Below, piece by piece: positions 46,360 to 54,351 of a stretch of DNA of 64,000 bases. How positions within the stretch are numbered: position 1 is the stretch's first letter; the number at the start of each line of letters is the position of its first letter. Both the position numbers and the translations under genes were made by a program. Below the pieces are notes generated by a model that searched no databases, was not told where the DNA came from, and worked only from the letters and a program-made list of their open reading frames with translations. Location: positions 20,559 through 84,558 of the forward strand of contig JBLNCA010000006.1 of the NCBI GenBank assembly GCA_050260375.1, written 5' to 3'. Source of the stretch: Burkholderiales bacterium (GTDB taxonomy: Bacteria; Bacillota; Clostridia; Christensenellales; SZUA-584).

Positions 46360-48268
46360 GATAAGGCTGCTCCCGAAAAGCATATCAGACAAGATAGCCG
46401 CGGGCGAGGTGGTAGAGCGGCCTGCTAGCGTAGTCAAAGAGCTGGTTGAAAACGCGATAGACGCTAAAGCAAGCGCCGTCAGCATAAGCATTTCGGGCGG
46501 CGGTATAAGGGAGATCTCAGTCGCCGACAACGGCGTGGGCATAGCCTCGGACGACGTGCGGCTCGCGTTTGAAAAGCACGCGACGAGCAAGCTGTATACG
46601 CTTGGGGACTTAGAATATATAAGCACTCAGGGCTTCCGCGGTGAAGCGCTTTCCAGCATCGCGGCCGTGTCGATAGCGGAGATGAAGACAAAGCGCAGGG
46701 ACGAAGAGACCGGCACTCAAATACGCGTAAGCGGCGGGCGTCTGGATTATGCGAAGCCCGCTGGGCTGCCCGACGGAACGTCGGTGAACGTCAGCAATCT
46801 GTTTTACAATGTGCCCGCGAGGCGCAAGTTTTTAAGGAAAGAGTCGCAGGAAGCGGCGTATGTATCCGACCTTGTGTCGCGCTACATACTCGCGTTCCCC
46901 GAAATATCGTTCCACTATACGTCGGAAGGAAAGACTATATACCACAGCCCCGGCAACGGCGACCTCTCTTCGGCGATCTACTGTGTTTACGGAAGCGCTG
47001 CTCTGGACACAATTGTGTTTGTGCAGCATCAAACAAACGATATACAAGTATCAGGTTACGTGTCGCGTCCGGGCGCTATTATGAAAAACAGGAAGGCGGG
47101 CAGCGTTTTTGTGAACCGGCGCTATGTGAGGAACACGGCACTGCATGATATGGTAAAAAGCGCGTACGGAGAGACACTCGTAAAGGGCGAGACGCCGTTT
47201 TTCGTGCTAAATATAGAGCTGCCGTTTTCGGCGGTGGACGTAAACGTGCACCCCAATAAGCTGCAGGTGCGCTTTAAAGACACTTCGGCCGTTGAATACG
47301 TAATAAAGGAAGCGGTGTCAAAAGCGTGCGCCGCGCCGCGCGGCAGCGTGTTTACTGACGCTGCGGAGCCGCAAAAGCGCAGCGTCGTAGAGATGCGCGC
47401 GCCCGAAGGCGTGCAGGAAGGCTTCTTTTCCGGGTTTAATAACGGGGCCCCCATAAAGCCAAAAGCTTTATGGGGTGATAACAGCGGGGCCCCCATAAAG
47501 CCAAAAGCTTTATGGGATGATAGTAGCGGGGCTCCTATACTCAATACTTTTTGGGATGAAAACAGAAATGTTCTGAAAGAGCAGGAAACGGCTAACGCGG
47601 ACGCAAACGCTTACGATATTAGCGCGCAAAGTTCGGCCGAGCCGGAGCTTCAAAAGCATGAACAGCCGGAAAGCCCGGCAGCCCAAACTGAAGCCGCTAA
47701 GATAAGCGTTCAAAGCTACAGGTTGATAGGCTCGTTCGGCGCCACGTATGCGCTTGTAGAACAGGGCGACGACCTGCTTATAGTCGACCAGCACGCCGCG
47801 CACGAGCGGCTGCTTTACGAGAAATTCAAGAGCAGCAAAGCGCCTCTTTCGCAGGCTCTTTTATACCCTTACGTGTTTACGGCGTCGCATGAACAGAAAA
47901 ATGTGCTCGATGACAACATGGAGGCTTTTATCGCGGCGGGGTTCGATATAGAGCCGTTTGGCGCGCTGGAGTACAAGATAAGCGCAGTGCCCTCCATAGC
48001 GTCCGGCGCCGCCCCCGGCGAGCTGATAAACGACGCCCTTGCCGAAATACAGAGCGGGGGAGACGTAGTGCTGAAGCGCGAAGCGATAATTAAAGCGGCG
48101 TGCCGAAGCGCTGTAAAGGCGGGCGATAAGATGAGCGAAGCCGAGCTTAAAAGCCTTGTGGACAGCTTTCTTACATCGGGCGTAATGCCTACGTGCCCGC
48201 ACGGGCGGCCTGTGATATCGGTAATATCCAGAAAGCAGATAGAAAAGAGCTTTAAAAGAACAGTATGA
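46352..48268 (+). CDS. mutL: DNA mismatch repair endonuclease MutL
   Basis: IAAGEVVERP, GFRGEAL, DQHAAHER and CPHGRP motifs. Confidence 0.97.
   Translation: MNEIRLLPKSISDKIAAGEVVERPASVVKELVENAIDAKASAVSISISGGGIREISVADNGVGIASDDVRLAFEKHATSKLYTLGDLEYISTQGFRGEALSSIAAVSIAEMKTKRRDEETGTQIRVSGGRLDYAKPAGLPDGTSVNVSNLFYNVPARRKFLRKESQEAAYVSDLVSRYILAFPEISFHYTSEGKTIYHSPGNGDLSSAIYCVYGSAALDTIVFVQHQTNDIQVSGYVSRPGAIMKNRKAGSVFVNRRYVRNTALHDMVKSAYGETLVKGETPFFVLNIELPFSAVDVNVHPNKLQVRFKDTSAVEYVIKEAVSKACAAPRGSVFTDAAEPQKRSVVEMRAPEGVQEGFFSGFNNGAPIKPKALWGDNSGAPIKPKALWDDSSGAPILNTFWDENRNVLKEQETANADANAYDISAQSSAEPELQKHEQPESPAAQTEAAKISVQSYRLIGSFGATYALVEQGDDLLIVDQHAAHERLLYEKFKSSKAPLSQALLYPYVFTASHEQKNVLDDNMEAFIAAGFDIEPFGALEYKISAVPSIASGAAPGELINDALAEIQSGGDVVLKREAIIKAACRSAVKAGDKMSEAELKSLVDSFLTSGVMPTCPHGRPVISVISRKQIEKSFKRTV
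47441..47563 (+). repeat. Three in-frame tandem copies (42+42+39 bp) of the palindromic repeat inside mutL
   Basis: aacggggc-ccccataaagc-caaaa-gctttatgggg-tgataac and two diverging copies; encodes GAPIKPKALW twice and GAPILNTFW. Confidence 0.88.
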
Positions 48269-49179
48269 GCAGGTTCATAGTTATAACTGGGCCGACGGCT
48301 TCCGGCAAGACATACGTTTCCGTGCAGGTGGCAAAAGCGCTGGGCTCCGAAATAATCTGCGCCGACAGCATGCAGATATACCGGGGCTGCGACATAGGCA
48401 CGGCAAAAGCGACAAAAGAAGAGCAGCAGGGCGTGCCGCATCACATGCTGGATATTGTAGATCCTAACGAGGAATATTCAGTCGCCGAGTTTCAGAAAGA
48501 AGCGTTTTCGCTGATAGAGCTGATAAATAACAAGGGAGTAGTGCCTATCGTTTCGGGAGGAACAGGGCTGTATATAAACTCCCTTGTATATAGGCTCGAT
48601 TTCGGCGCAGTCAAAAATGATGCGCTTCGACAAAAATACGCACAACTTAGTGATGACAAAAGCACCGCGTACCTGTATAATACTCTTAAGGAAAAAGACC
48701 CAGAATATGCTAACATAATTTCCGGCAACGACGCGAGGCGCATAATAAGAAGGCTGGAGATTATTGAAGCGCAAGGGCGCTCAGCATATGATTTCAGGAA
48801 GTACAACGACGAACACGAATATATACTGATAGGGCTGACCATGCCGAGGGATATGCTCTATAAGCGTATAGAAGCCCGAGTAGACGCCATGATGGACGCC
48901 GGCCTGCTGGATGAAGCCAAAGCGCTGTACGAAAAGTACGGCAACGTTAACGCACTCAAAGCCATAGGCTATAAGGAACTGGTATCGTACATAAACGGAG
49001 AATACAGCCTTGAAGAAGCGGTAAGGCTTATAAAGCGTAACACAAGGCGCTTTGCGAAAAGGCAGTTTACCTGGTTTAAAAGAGATGAAAGGATAAACTG
49101 GTTTGATATTTCAGTGTATACCTGTATAGAAGATACCATTAATGATATAATCATATATATTAAAGGAAAGGGGTTTTAG
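48265..49179 (+). CDS. miaA: tRNA dimethylallyltransferase
   Basis: [20 protein letters not shown] and AKRQFTW motifs. Confidence 0.97.
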   Translation: MSRFIVITGPTASGKTYVSVQVAKALGSEIICADSMQIYRGCDIGTAKATKEEQQGVPHHMLDIVDPNEEYSVAEFQKEAFSLIELINNKGVVPIVSGGTGLYINSLVYRLDFGAVKNDALRQKYAQLSDDKSTAYLYNTLKEKDPEYANIISGNDARRIIRRLEIIEAQGRSAYDFRKYNDEHEYILIGLTMPRDMLYKRIEARVDAMMDAGLLDEAKALYEKYGNVNALKAIGYKELVSYINGEYSLEEAVRLIKRNTRRFAKRQFTWFKRDERINWFDISVYTCIEDTINDIIIYIKGKGF

Positions 49180-49180
49180 T

Positions 49181-49432
49181 ATGCAGAAATCCGTCATCGT
49201 ACTGCAGGACGTCTTTTTGAACCAGGTGCGCAAAGAAAAGGTCCCCGTCACTATTCATCTTACAAACGGGTATCAGATAAAAGGTTCGGTAAAAGGCTTT
49301 GACAACTTTACCATTATACTTGACAGCGAAGGAAAACAGCTTATGATATACAAGCACGCCGTTTCCACGATTGCGCCCGTAAAATCGGTTTTCTTTACAT
49401 TCTCAGACAAACAGAAAGAAACGCAAGAATAG
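49181..49432 (+). CDS. hfq: RNA chaperone Hfq
   Basis: LQDVFLN and IYKHAVSTI motifs; follows miaA. Confidence 0.95.
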   Translation: MQKSVIVLQDVFLNQVRKEKVPVTIHLTNGYQIKGSVKGFDNFTIILDSEGKQLMIYKHAVSTIAPVKSVFFTFSDKQKETQE

Positions 49433-49435
49433 TTT

Positions 49436-50707
49436 ATGCAGATACTCAAAAGTTTCGGGATAAGCGATAGTATACTATCGCTTGTCGCCGACGCCGAATC
49501 TTCGCTTTTTAAGATTTTCCGCGACGTGGAAGCGACAGCGGAATACAATCAATACAAGGTAATAGACGCATACAGGCAGGAAAACATATCTCCGCGCCAT
49601 TTTGCCCCGTCCAACGGATACGGTTATTCCGATGAAGGCAGGGAGGCGCTCTCAAGAGTGTTCGCGCGCATAACGAAAGCCGGAAGCGCAGTTTTAAGCC
49701 CGCATATCGCGTCGGGTACGCATGCGATATCGCTGGCTTTATTCTCTGTACTGCGCCCCGGCGATACGCTTATAAGCGCTACGGGACGCCCGTATGATAC
49801 CTTAACGGGAATAATAGGCGACAAGCGCACAAAGGATACGGGCTCGCTTGCGGACTACGGCATCGATTATAAGGAAACCGCGCTTCTTCCCGACGGAAAT
49901 ATAGATATGGAAAGCCTGGAAGCGCTGCTTAGACAATGCAAACGGCCAAAGGTAGTAATGATGCAGCGCTCGCGCGGCTACGCGTGGCGCAAGGCGCTGA
50001 GCATGGCGGATATTAAAGACGCCGTTACGAAAATAAAGAACAAGTTCCCGAAAATAATTGTATTCGTCGATAACTGCTACGGGGAGTTCTGCGAGAAAGA
50101 AGAGCCTACAGAATGCGGCGCCGATTTGATGGCGGGCTCGATGATAAAAAACCCCGGAGGCGGGCTTGCGCCCACCGGCGGATACGTGGCGGGAAGGGAA
50201 GATTTGATAGAGCTTGCGGAAAACAGGCTTACGTGCCCCGGGCTGGGAGCGGAAGTAGGCTCGTACGAAGCGTCGTACAGGACGTTCTTTCAGGGGCTGT
50301 TTATGGCGCCGCACACCGTCGGCGAGGCGCTGAAAGGCAGCATATTGTCCGCAAAGGTGTTCGAGACGCTCGGGTTCGACGTATATCCCAAGTTTGACGG
50401 GCAAAGAAGCGATATCACGCAGTCTATAAAGCTCAATGACGAAAAGCTGCTGCTCGCATACACGAGGGGCATACAAAAAGCCGCGGCTATTGACAGCCGG
50501 GCCGTGCCCGTGCCCTGGGATATGCCGGGATATGACGACAAGATAGTCATGGCCGCGGGTACGTTCGTCCAAGGGGCTTCCATAGAGCTCTCAGCCGACG
50601 CTCCGGTAAAGCCGCCTTATATCGTGTACGCTCAGGGCGGTCTTACATACGCCCACATGAAGCTGGGACTTATGGTAGCGCTTGCTGAGATGAACATAGT
50701 GGATTAA
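49436..50707 (+). CDS. YnbB-like PLP-dependent methionine gamma-lyase family protein
   Basis: SGTHAI, QRSRGY, DNCYGEF, GSMIKNPGGG and MAAGTFVQGASIELSAD motifs. Confidence 0.9.
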   Translation: MQILKSFGISDSILSLVADAESSLFKIFRDVEATAEYNQYKVIDAYRQENISPRHFAPSNGYGYSDEGREALSRVFARITKAGSAVLSPHIASGTHAISLALFSVLRPGDTLISATGRPYDTLTGIIGDKRTKDTGSLADYGIDYKETALLPDGNIDMESLEALLRQCKRPKVVMMQRSRGYAWRKALSMADIKDAVTKIKNKFPKIIVFVDNCYGEFCEKEEPTECGADLMAGSMIKNPGGGLAPTGGYVAGREDLIELAENRLTCPGLGAEVGSYEASYRTFFQGLFMAPHTVGEALKGSILSAKVFETLGFDVYPKFDGQRSDITQSIKLNDEKLLLAYTRGIQKAAAIDSRAVPVPWDMPGYDDKIVMAAGTFVQGASIELSADAPVKPPYIVYAQGGLTYAHMKLGLMVALAEMNIVD

Positions 50708-50814
50708 AGCCGTAAGACCTTTCTATCAAAAAAACCCCATATTAAGATTCTGTATGTGCTCTGAATCATCATGCGTTATACGCACTATAAAAAAACGAAT
50801 ACTGTAAAAATGGT

Positions 50815-50841
50815 CGGAACGACACGGAGGTCGTTCCCTAC
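50815..50841 (-). repeat. GTAG-type REP-like palindrome
   Basis: Minus strand GTAG-GGAACGAC-CTCCGT-GTCGTTCC-G, a perfect 8-bp stem after GTAG. Confidence 0.7.
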
Positions 50842-50926
50842 AAAATATCGTTATTATTTTGTATTAATAGTGAATAATAAAAGCAACTAATACCGAAAAA
50901 CAAGCTTTTATAGACGAAAGCTCATA

Positions 50927-50959
50927 TGTCATTCAGAGGACCGAAGGGACGAAGAATCT
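50927..50959 (+). repeat. TGTCATTC...GAATCT REP-like element
   Basis: tgtcattcagaggaccgaagggacgaagaatct; resembles (T/C)GTC-class REPs; single copy in this window. Confidence 0.5.
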
Positions 50960-50974
50960 TTGCCAAATGCGGTT

Positions 50975-51057
50975 GGCCCCAAAAAGCCTCATGCCTTTTT
51001 GGGGACCCCCGTTATTTACACCCCAACAAGCCTTACGTCTTGTTGGGGACCCCGTTA
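50975..51057 (-). repeat. Tandem pair of the palindromic repeat, about 43-bp period
   Basis: ccccaaaaag-N8-ctttttggggacccccgtta and tttacaccccaacaag-N8-cttgttggggaccccgtta. Confidence 0.9.
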
Positions 51058-51084
51058 TTAAGCAAGCCGCTTACAGGGCCCAAT

Positions 51085-51107
51085 AAAAAACGCCCCTTGA
51101 AGGGGCG
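51085..51107 (-). terminator. Intrinsic terminator after lexA
   Basis: cgcccct-tga-aggggcg hairpin with an A run on the + strand. Confidence 0.7.
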
Positions 51108-51127
51108 GATGATCACTGAGTTAAAAG

Positions 51128-51733
51128 TTATCTGAACATGCGCAGCACTCCGATAACTTTGCCCAGTATATTCATATCCTTTGTATATATAGGCTGATAT
51201 TTATCGTTTTCGGGCTGCAGCTTTACGAAGCCGTTCTCGAGATAAAACCTCTTTACAGTAGCCTCGTCGTCTATCATAGCGACGACTATGTCGCCGTTTT
51301 GCGCGTAGTCCTGCTTTTTGGCGATTATCCTGTCACGGTCCAATATCCCCGCGCCGATCATGCTGTCCCCGCTTACGTTGAGTATAAAAACGTCGTCGGT
51401 GCCGAGCAGCGAATAGGGGAGAGATATGTATTCCTCCACATTTTCAACGGCCGTTATAGGTACGCCCGCAGCCACCTTGCCGACTACGGGTATCTGCACG
51501 AAGCGCTCCTTTGTCTGGCTGCCGTCCAGTATCATGATTGTCCTCGGCTTGGCGGGATCCCGGGATATATAGCCCTTTTTTTCAAGCTTGGTAAGGTGCG
51601 CGTGCGCCGTGGACGTAGACTTTAAGTTGAGCGCGCAGCATATATCACGCACGCACGGAGCGTATCCGTTGTCAGCGATATAGTCTTTTATGTATTGGAG
51701 CACGTCGTTCTGGCGCCTGGACAATCCTTCCAT
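51128..51733 (-). CDS. lexA: SOS repressor LexA
   Basis: N-terminal HTH, VAAG cleavage site, GDSM serine and ATVKR lysine. Confidence 0.97.
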   Translation of the reverse strand: MEGLSRRQNDVLQYIKDYIADNGYAPCVRDICCALNLKSTSTAHAHLTKLEKKGYISRDPAKPRTIMILDGSQTKERFVQIPVVGKVAAGVPITAVENVEEYISLPYSLLGTDDVFILNVSGDSMIGAGILDRDRIIAKKQDYAQNGDIVVAMIDDEATVKRFYLENGFVKLQPENDKYQPIYTKDMNILGKVIGVLRMFR

Positions 51734-51753
51734 GATACTATCACCTCGGGTTC

Positions 51754-51803
51754 ATGATAACAAATATATACGTGCATGTCAACGACATACAAACAAATGT
51801 TCG
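51754..51803 (-). promoter_or_regulatory. lexA promoter with SOS (Cheo) box
   Basis: TTGACA (51777-51782)-17-TATCAT (51754-51759); CGAACATTTGTTTG at 51790-51803 fits the GAAC-N4-GTTY consensus. Confidence 0.8.
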
Positions 51804-51809
51804 TAAAAT

Positions 51810-52853
51810 TCAAGTCTTATTCCGCTTGTCGCGGAAGCTTACCGCGCCCGAAGCGGATCTGCGGCGCTCCTCGTCTATGGCCGCGTAATGCTTTCTTGTT
51901 GTGTTTACGTCTTTATGGCCGAGCACGTCAGCGACGAGATATATGTCGCCCGTTTTTTCGTACAGCATAGTGCCGTACGTGCTGCGCAGCTTGTGGGGGG
52001 AAATGTTCTTAAGCGGCACGGCGATGCTTGCGTATTTCTTAACGAGCTGCTGCAATGCGCGAACACTCATTCGTGTATTTTGCAGCGAGAGGAACATGGG
52101 GGAGTCCTGGCTGAAATTGGCATTTTCCTTGCGCTCTTCGATATAGCGCTCTAGAGCCGCTTTAGTCTCGTCGCCGAAATACAGCAGCACTTCGTTGCCG
52201 CCTTTGCGCAGAACCTTAAAAGCCTTGTTTTTAAAATCGAAATCGCTGACGTCGAGCGCGCATAATTCGCTGATGCGAATGCCGGTTGTCAGAAAAAGCG
52301 TGAATATTGCGATATCGCGTATTTTCGTTTTTTCGTGAAATTCGCGCTGTTTGGGTGATAACCCGGCGCCCGTTTCGATTATGTTCAAAAGCGATAATGC
52401 TTCATTGTTATCGAGCCGTATTATTGGCTTTTCGTGTATCTTGGGAGTTTCGAGCTTTGTAGTGACATTGGTGTCTATAAAGCCTTTTTTATAGTAATAT
52501 TTATATAGAGACCTTACCGACGAGAGCTTGCGAGCGATGCCTTTTTCGCCGTTTTCCACGACGGCGTCGTCCTTATAATACAGTGTAAGGTACTCTAAAA
52601 ACATCTCAAAATCGTTCATAGTGATGCTTTCGAGGTCTTTTGCCTTAAAATGCTTAGTATCCATGCCGAGCTCGTTTTCCAAAAACGAGAAGAACAATCT
52701 TAAGTCGTAAGCGTAATTTATGCGCGTGAGCAGCGAAGTACGAGGTTCGATGCCTCTGAAATAATCAAGGCAGAACGGAGGGAGCGTTGAAAGCACATTC
52801 TTGAGTTTTTCAGTTTTCTGAGCACTTAACTCGGTTTTGCTTGATTTGGACAT
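51810..52853 (-). CDS. Stand-alone Xer-like tyrosine recombinase (347 aa)
   Basis: ARKLSSVRSLY, TGIRISEL, RKGG, PHKLRST and LGH..VNTTRKHY motifs give a complete catalytic set. Confidence 0.92.
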   Translation of the reverse strand: MSKSSKTELSAQKTEKLKNVLSTLPPFCLDYFRGIEPRTSLLTRINYAYDLRLFFSFLENELGMDTKHFKAKDLESITMNDFEMFLEYLTLYYKDDAVVENGEKGIARKLSSVRSLYKYYYKKGFIDTNVTTKLETPKIHEKPIIRLDNNEALSLLNIIETGAGLSPKQREFHEKTKIRDIAIFTLFLTTGIRISELCALDVSDFDFKNKAFKVLRKGGNEVLLYFGDETKAALERYIEERKENANFSQDSPMFLSLQNTRMSVRALQQLVKKYASIAVPLKNISPHKLRSTYGTMLYEKTGDIYLVADVLGHKDVNTTRKHYAAIDEERRRSASGAVSFRDKRNKT

Positions 52854-52866
52854 TCCCTACCCCCAA

Positions 52867-52896
52867 CTATGCGCAAAACATGTCTTTTACGCATAG
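52867..52896. other. Candidate dif-like recombination site
   Basis: CTATGCGCAAAA-CATGTC-TTTTACGCATAG: 12-bp inverted arms with 1 mismatch and a 6-bp asymmetric spacer, 14 bp upstream of the recombinase ATG. Confidence 0.6.
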
Positions 52897-52900
52897 ATAT

Positions 52901-53389
52901 TTATATCGCCGAAGGCTCCTCTTTTTTGGAAGGCGCTTCTTTTTCGCCATTTTTGGTATTCTCTTTGATGGCCCCTCTCGCGAGCTTGTCGCACAGAGTG
53001 TTGTATTTATCGCCCGCGTGGCCTTTAACCTTTTTCCACGAGACGTTGTGACGCCGCGACAATTCCAATATATCCTGCCAAAGCTGCCGGTTTTCCACCG
53101 GCTTTTTAGCGGCGGTTTTCCAGCCGTTCGCAATCCAGTTGTCTATCCAGCGCTTTTCAAACGCGTTATGTATATATGAACTGTCGGTGTATAACGTTAC
53201 GTTGCACGGCTCTTTAAGCGCTTTTAGCGCCTCCAAAGCAGCTTTTAATTCCATGCGGTTGTTGGTGGTATCCGGCTCAAAGCCGCTTATCTGCTTTTCA
53301 TTGCCTTTATATATGAGCACGGCCGCCCAGCCGCCCGGGCCGGGATTATTGGAGCACGCTCCGTCCGTATATATCGTAACGTTCTTCAT
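52901..53389 (-). CDS. rnhA: Ribonuclease HI
   Basis: YTDGACSNNPGPGG, TTNNRMEL and KVKGHAG motifs. Confidence 0.97.
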   Translation of the reverse strand: MKNVTIYTDGACSNNPGPGGWAAVLIYKGNEKQISGFEPDTTNNRMELKAALEALKALKEPCNVTLYTDSSYIHNAFEKRWIDNWIANGWKTAAKKPVENRQLWQDILELSRRHNVSWKKVKGHAGDKYNTLCDKLARGAIKENTKNGEKEAPSKKEEPSAI

Positions 53390-54183
53390 TGCGCAAGCGC
53401 CTTAGATTTTTTTGCGCATTGTTCAACCGCTTTGATGACCGCTCCCCTGAATCCATCCGTTTCCAGCGATTTTACGGCCTCTATAGTCGTGCCTCCCGGC
53501 GAACAGACTGCGTCCTTGAGAGCTCCGGGGTGCTTCCCTGTTTCTATCACCGTTTTAGCCGCGCCGAGCACGGTCTGCGCCGCAAGTGTGGCCGCGACGT
53601 CTCTAGGCAGCCCGCACAGCACGCCGGCATCGGAAAGCGCTTCTATGAACATATAAACGTACGCAGGCCCGCTGCCCGAAACGGCGGTGACCGCGTCCAT
53701 CAGCTTTTGCGGCGCGTGTTCTATTCTTCCCAGCGCGGAGAATATGCGTTCTATAAACTCCCTGTGTTCGTCCGAAAAGTTGCTGGGCGACTCGAATACG
53801 CTCATGCCCTCCCCCACCAATAGCGGCGTATTGGGCATAAGGCGCAGCACGCGTCGATCCTTTCCTATAACGGCTTTTATCATGTCGGCGCTCCACCCGG
53901 CCGCAATCGAAACTATGGGCTTATCAAAGCTTTTTATCTCGGTTAACACAGATTCCATCACATTGGGCTTAACCGCGAGCAGTATTATGTCGCTTTCCTC
54001 GCAAAGCTCGCTTAAGCTGCCCATAGCTTTTATTCCCAAGGCCTTCAAAGCTTCAAGTTTTGTTTTGTCGATATCGAACACACGTACGCTATCAGAGCTT
54101 AAAACGCCCTTTTTAATGGCGCCGTTTATAATCGCCGACGCCATATTGCCAGCGCCTGCAAACCCGAGACGGTATTCCGACAT
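53386..54183 (-). CDS. proC: Pyrroline-5-carboxylate reductase
   Basis: GAGNMA, MPNTP, SGSGPAY and CSPGGTT motifs. Confidence 0.97.
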   Translation of the reverse strand: MSEYRLGFAGAGNMASAIINGAIKKGVLSSDSVRVFDIDKTKLEALKALGIKAMGSLSELCEESDIILLAVKPNVMESVLTEIKSFDKPIVSIAAGWSADMIKAVIGKDRRVLRLMPNTPLLVGEGMSVFESPSNFSDEHREFIERIFSALGRIEHAPQKLMDAVTAVSGSGPAYVYMFIEALSDAGVLCGLPRDVAATLAAQTVLGAAKTVIETGKHPGALKDAVCSPGGTTIEAVKSLETDGFRGAVIKAVEQCAKKSKALAQ

Positions 54184-54241
54184 TTCGTATCCTCCTATTG
54201 ACGTGGGTTACTAAATTTATTATAATTACATTTGTCACTTT

Positions 54242-54316
54242 AGGGGAGTGGCTCAATGGTAGAGCATCGGTCTCCAAAACCGACGGTTGCGTGTTCGAAT
54301 CGCGTCTCCCCTGCCA
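54242..54316 (+). tRNA. tRNA-Trp (CCA)
   Basis: AGGGGAGTGGCTCAATGG...CTCCAAA...GTTCGAATC...GCCA; promoter TTGACG-17-TATAAT at 54198-54226; terminator at about 54328-54353. Confidence 0.95.
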
Positions 54317-54351
54317 TACTGCTTTATACGCCGCTAAGCGGCGTTTTATTT

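Noticed and set aside
50926..51135. 69-aa ORF between the ynbB-like gene and lexA
   Set aside because: It is made almost entirely of palindromic repeats and the lexA terminator.
51810..52853. Tyrosine recombinase as a prophage or ICE integrase
   Set aside because: It is flanked by lexA and rnhA-proC with no excisionase, phage or conjugation genes, and I found no duplicated tRNA-Trp end.
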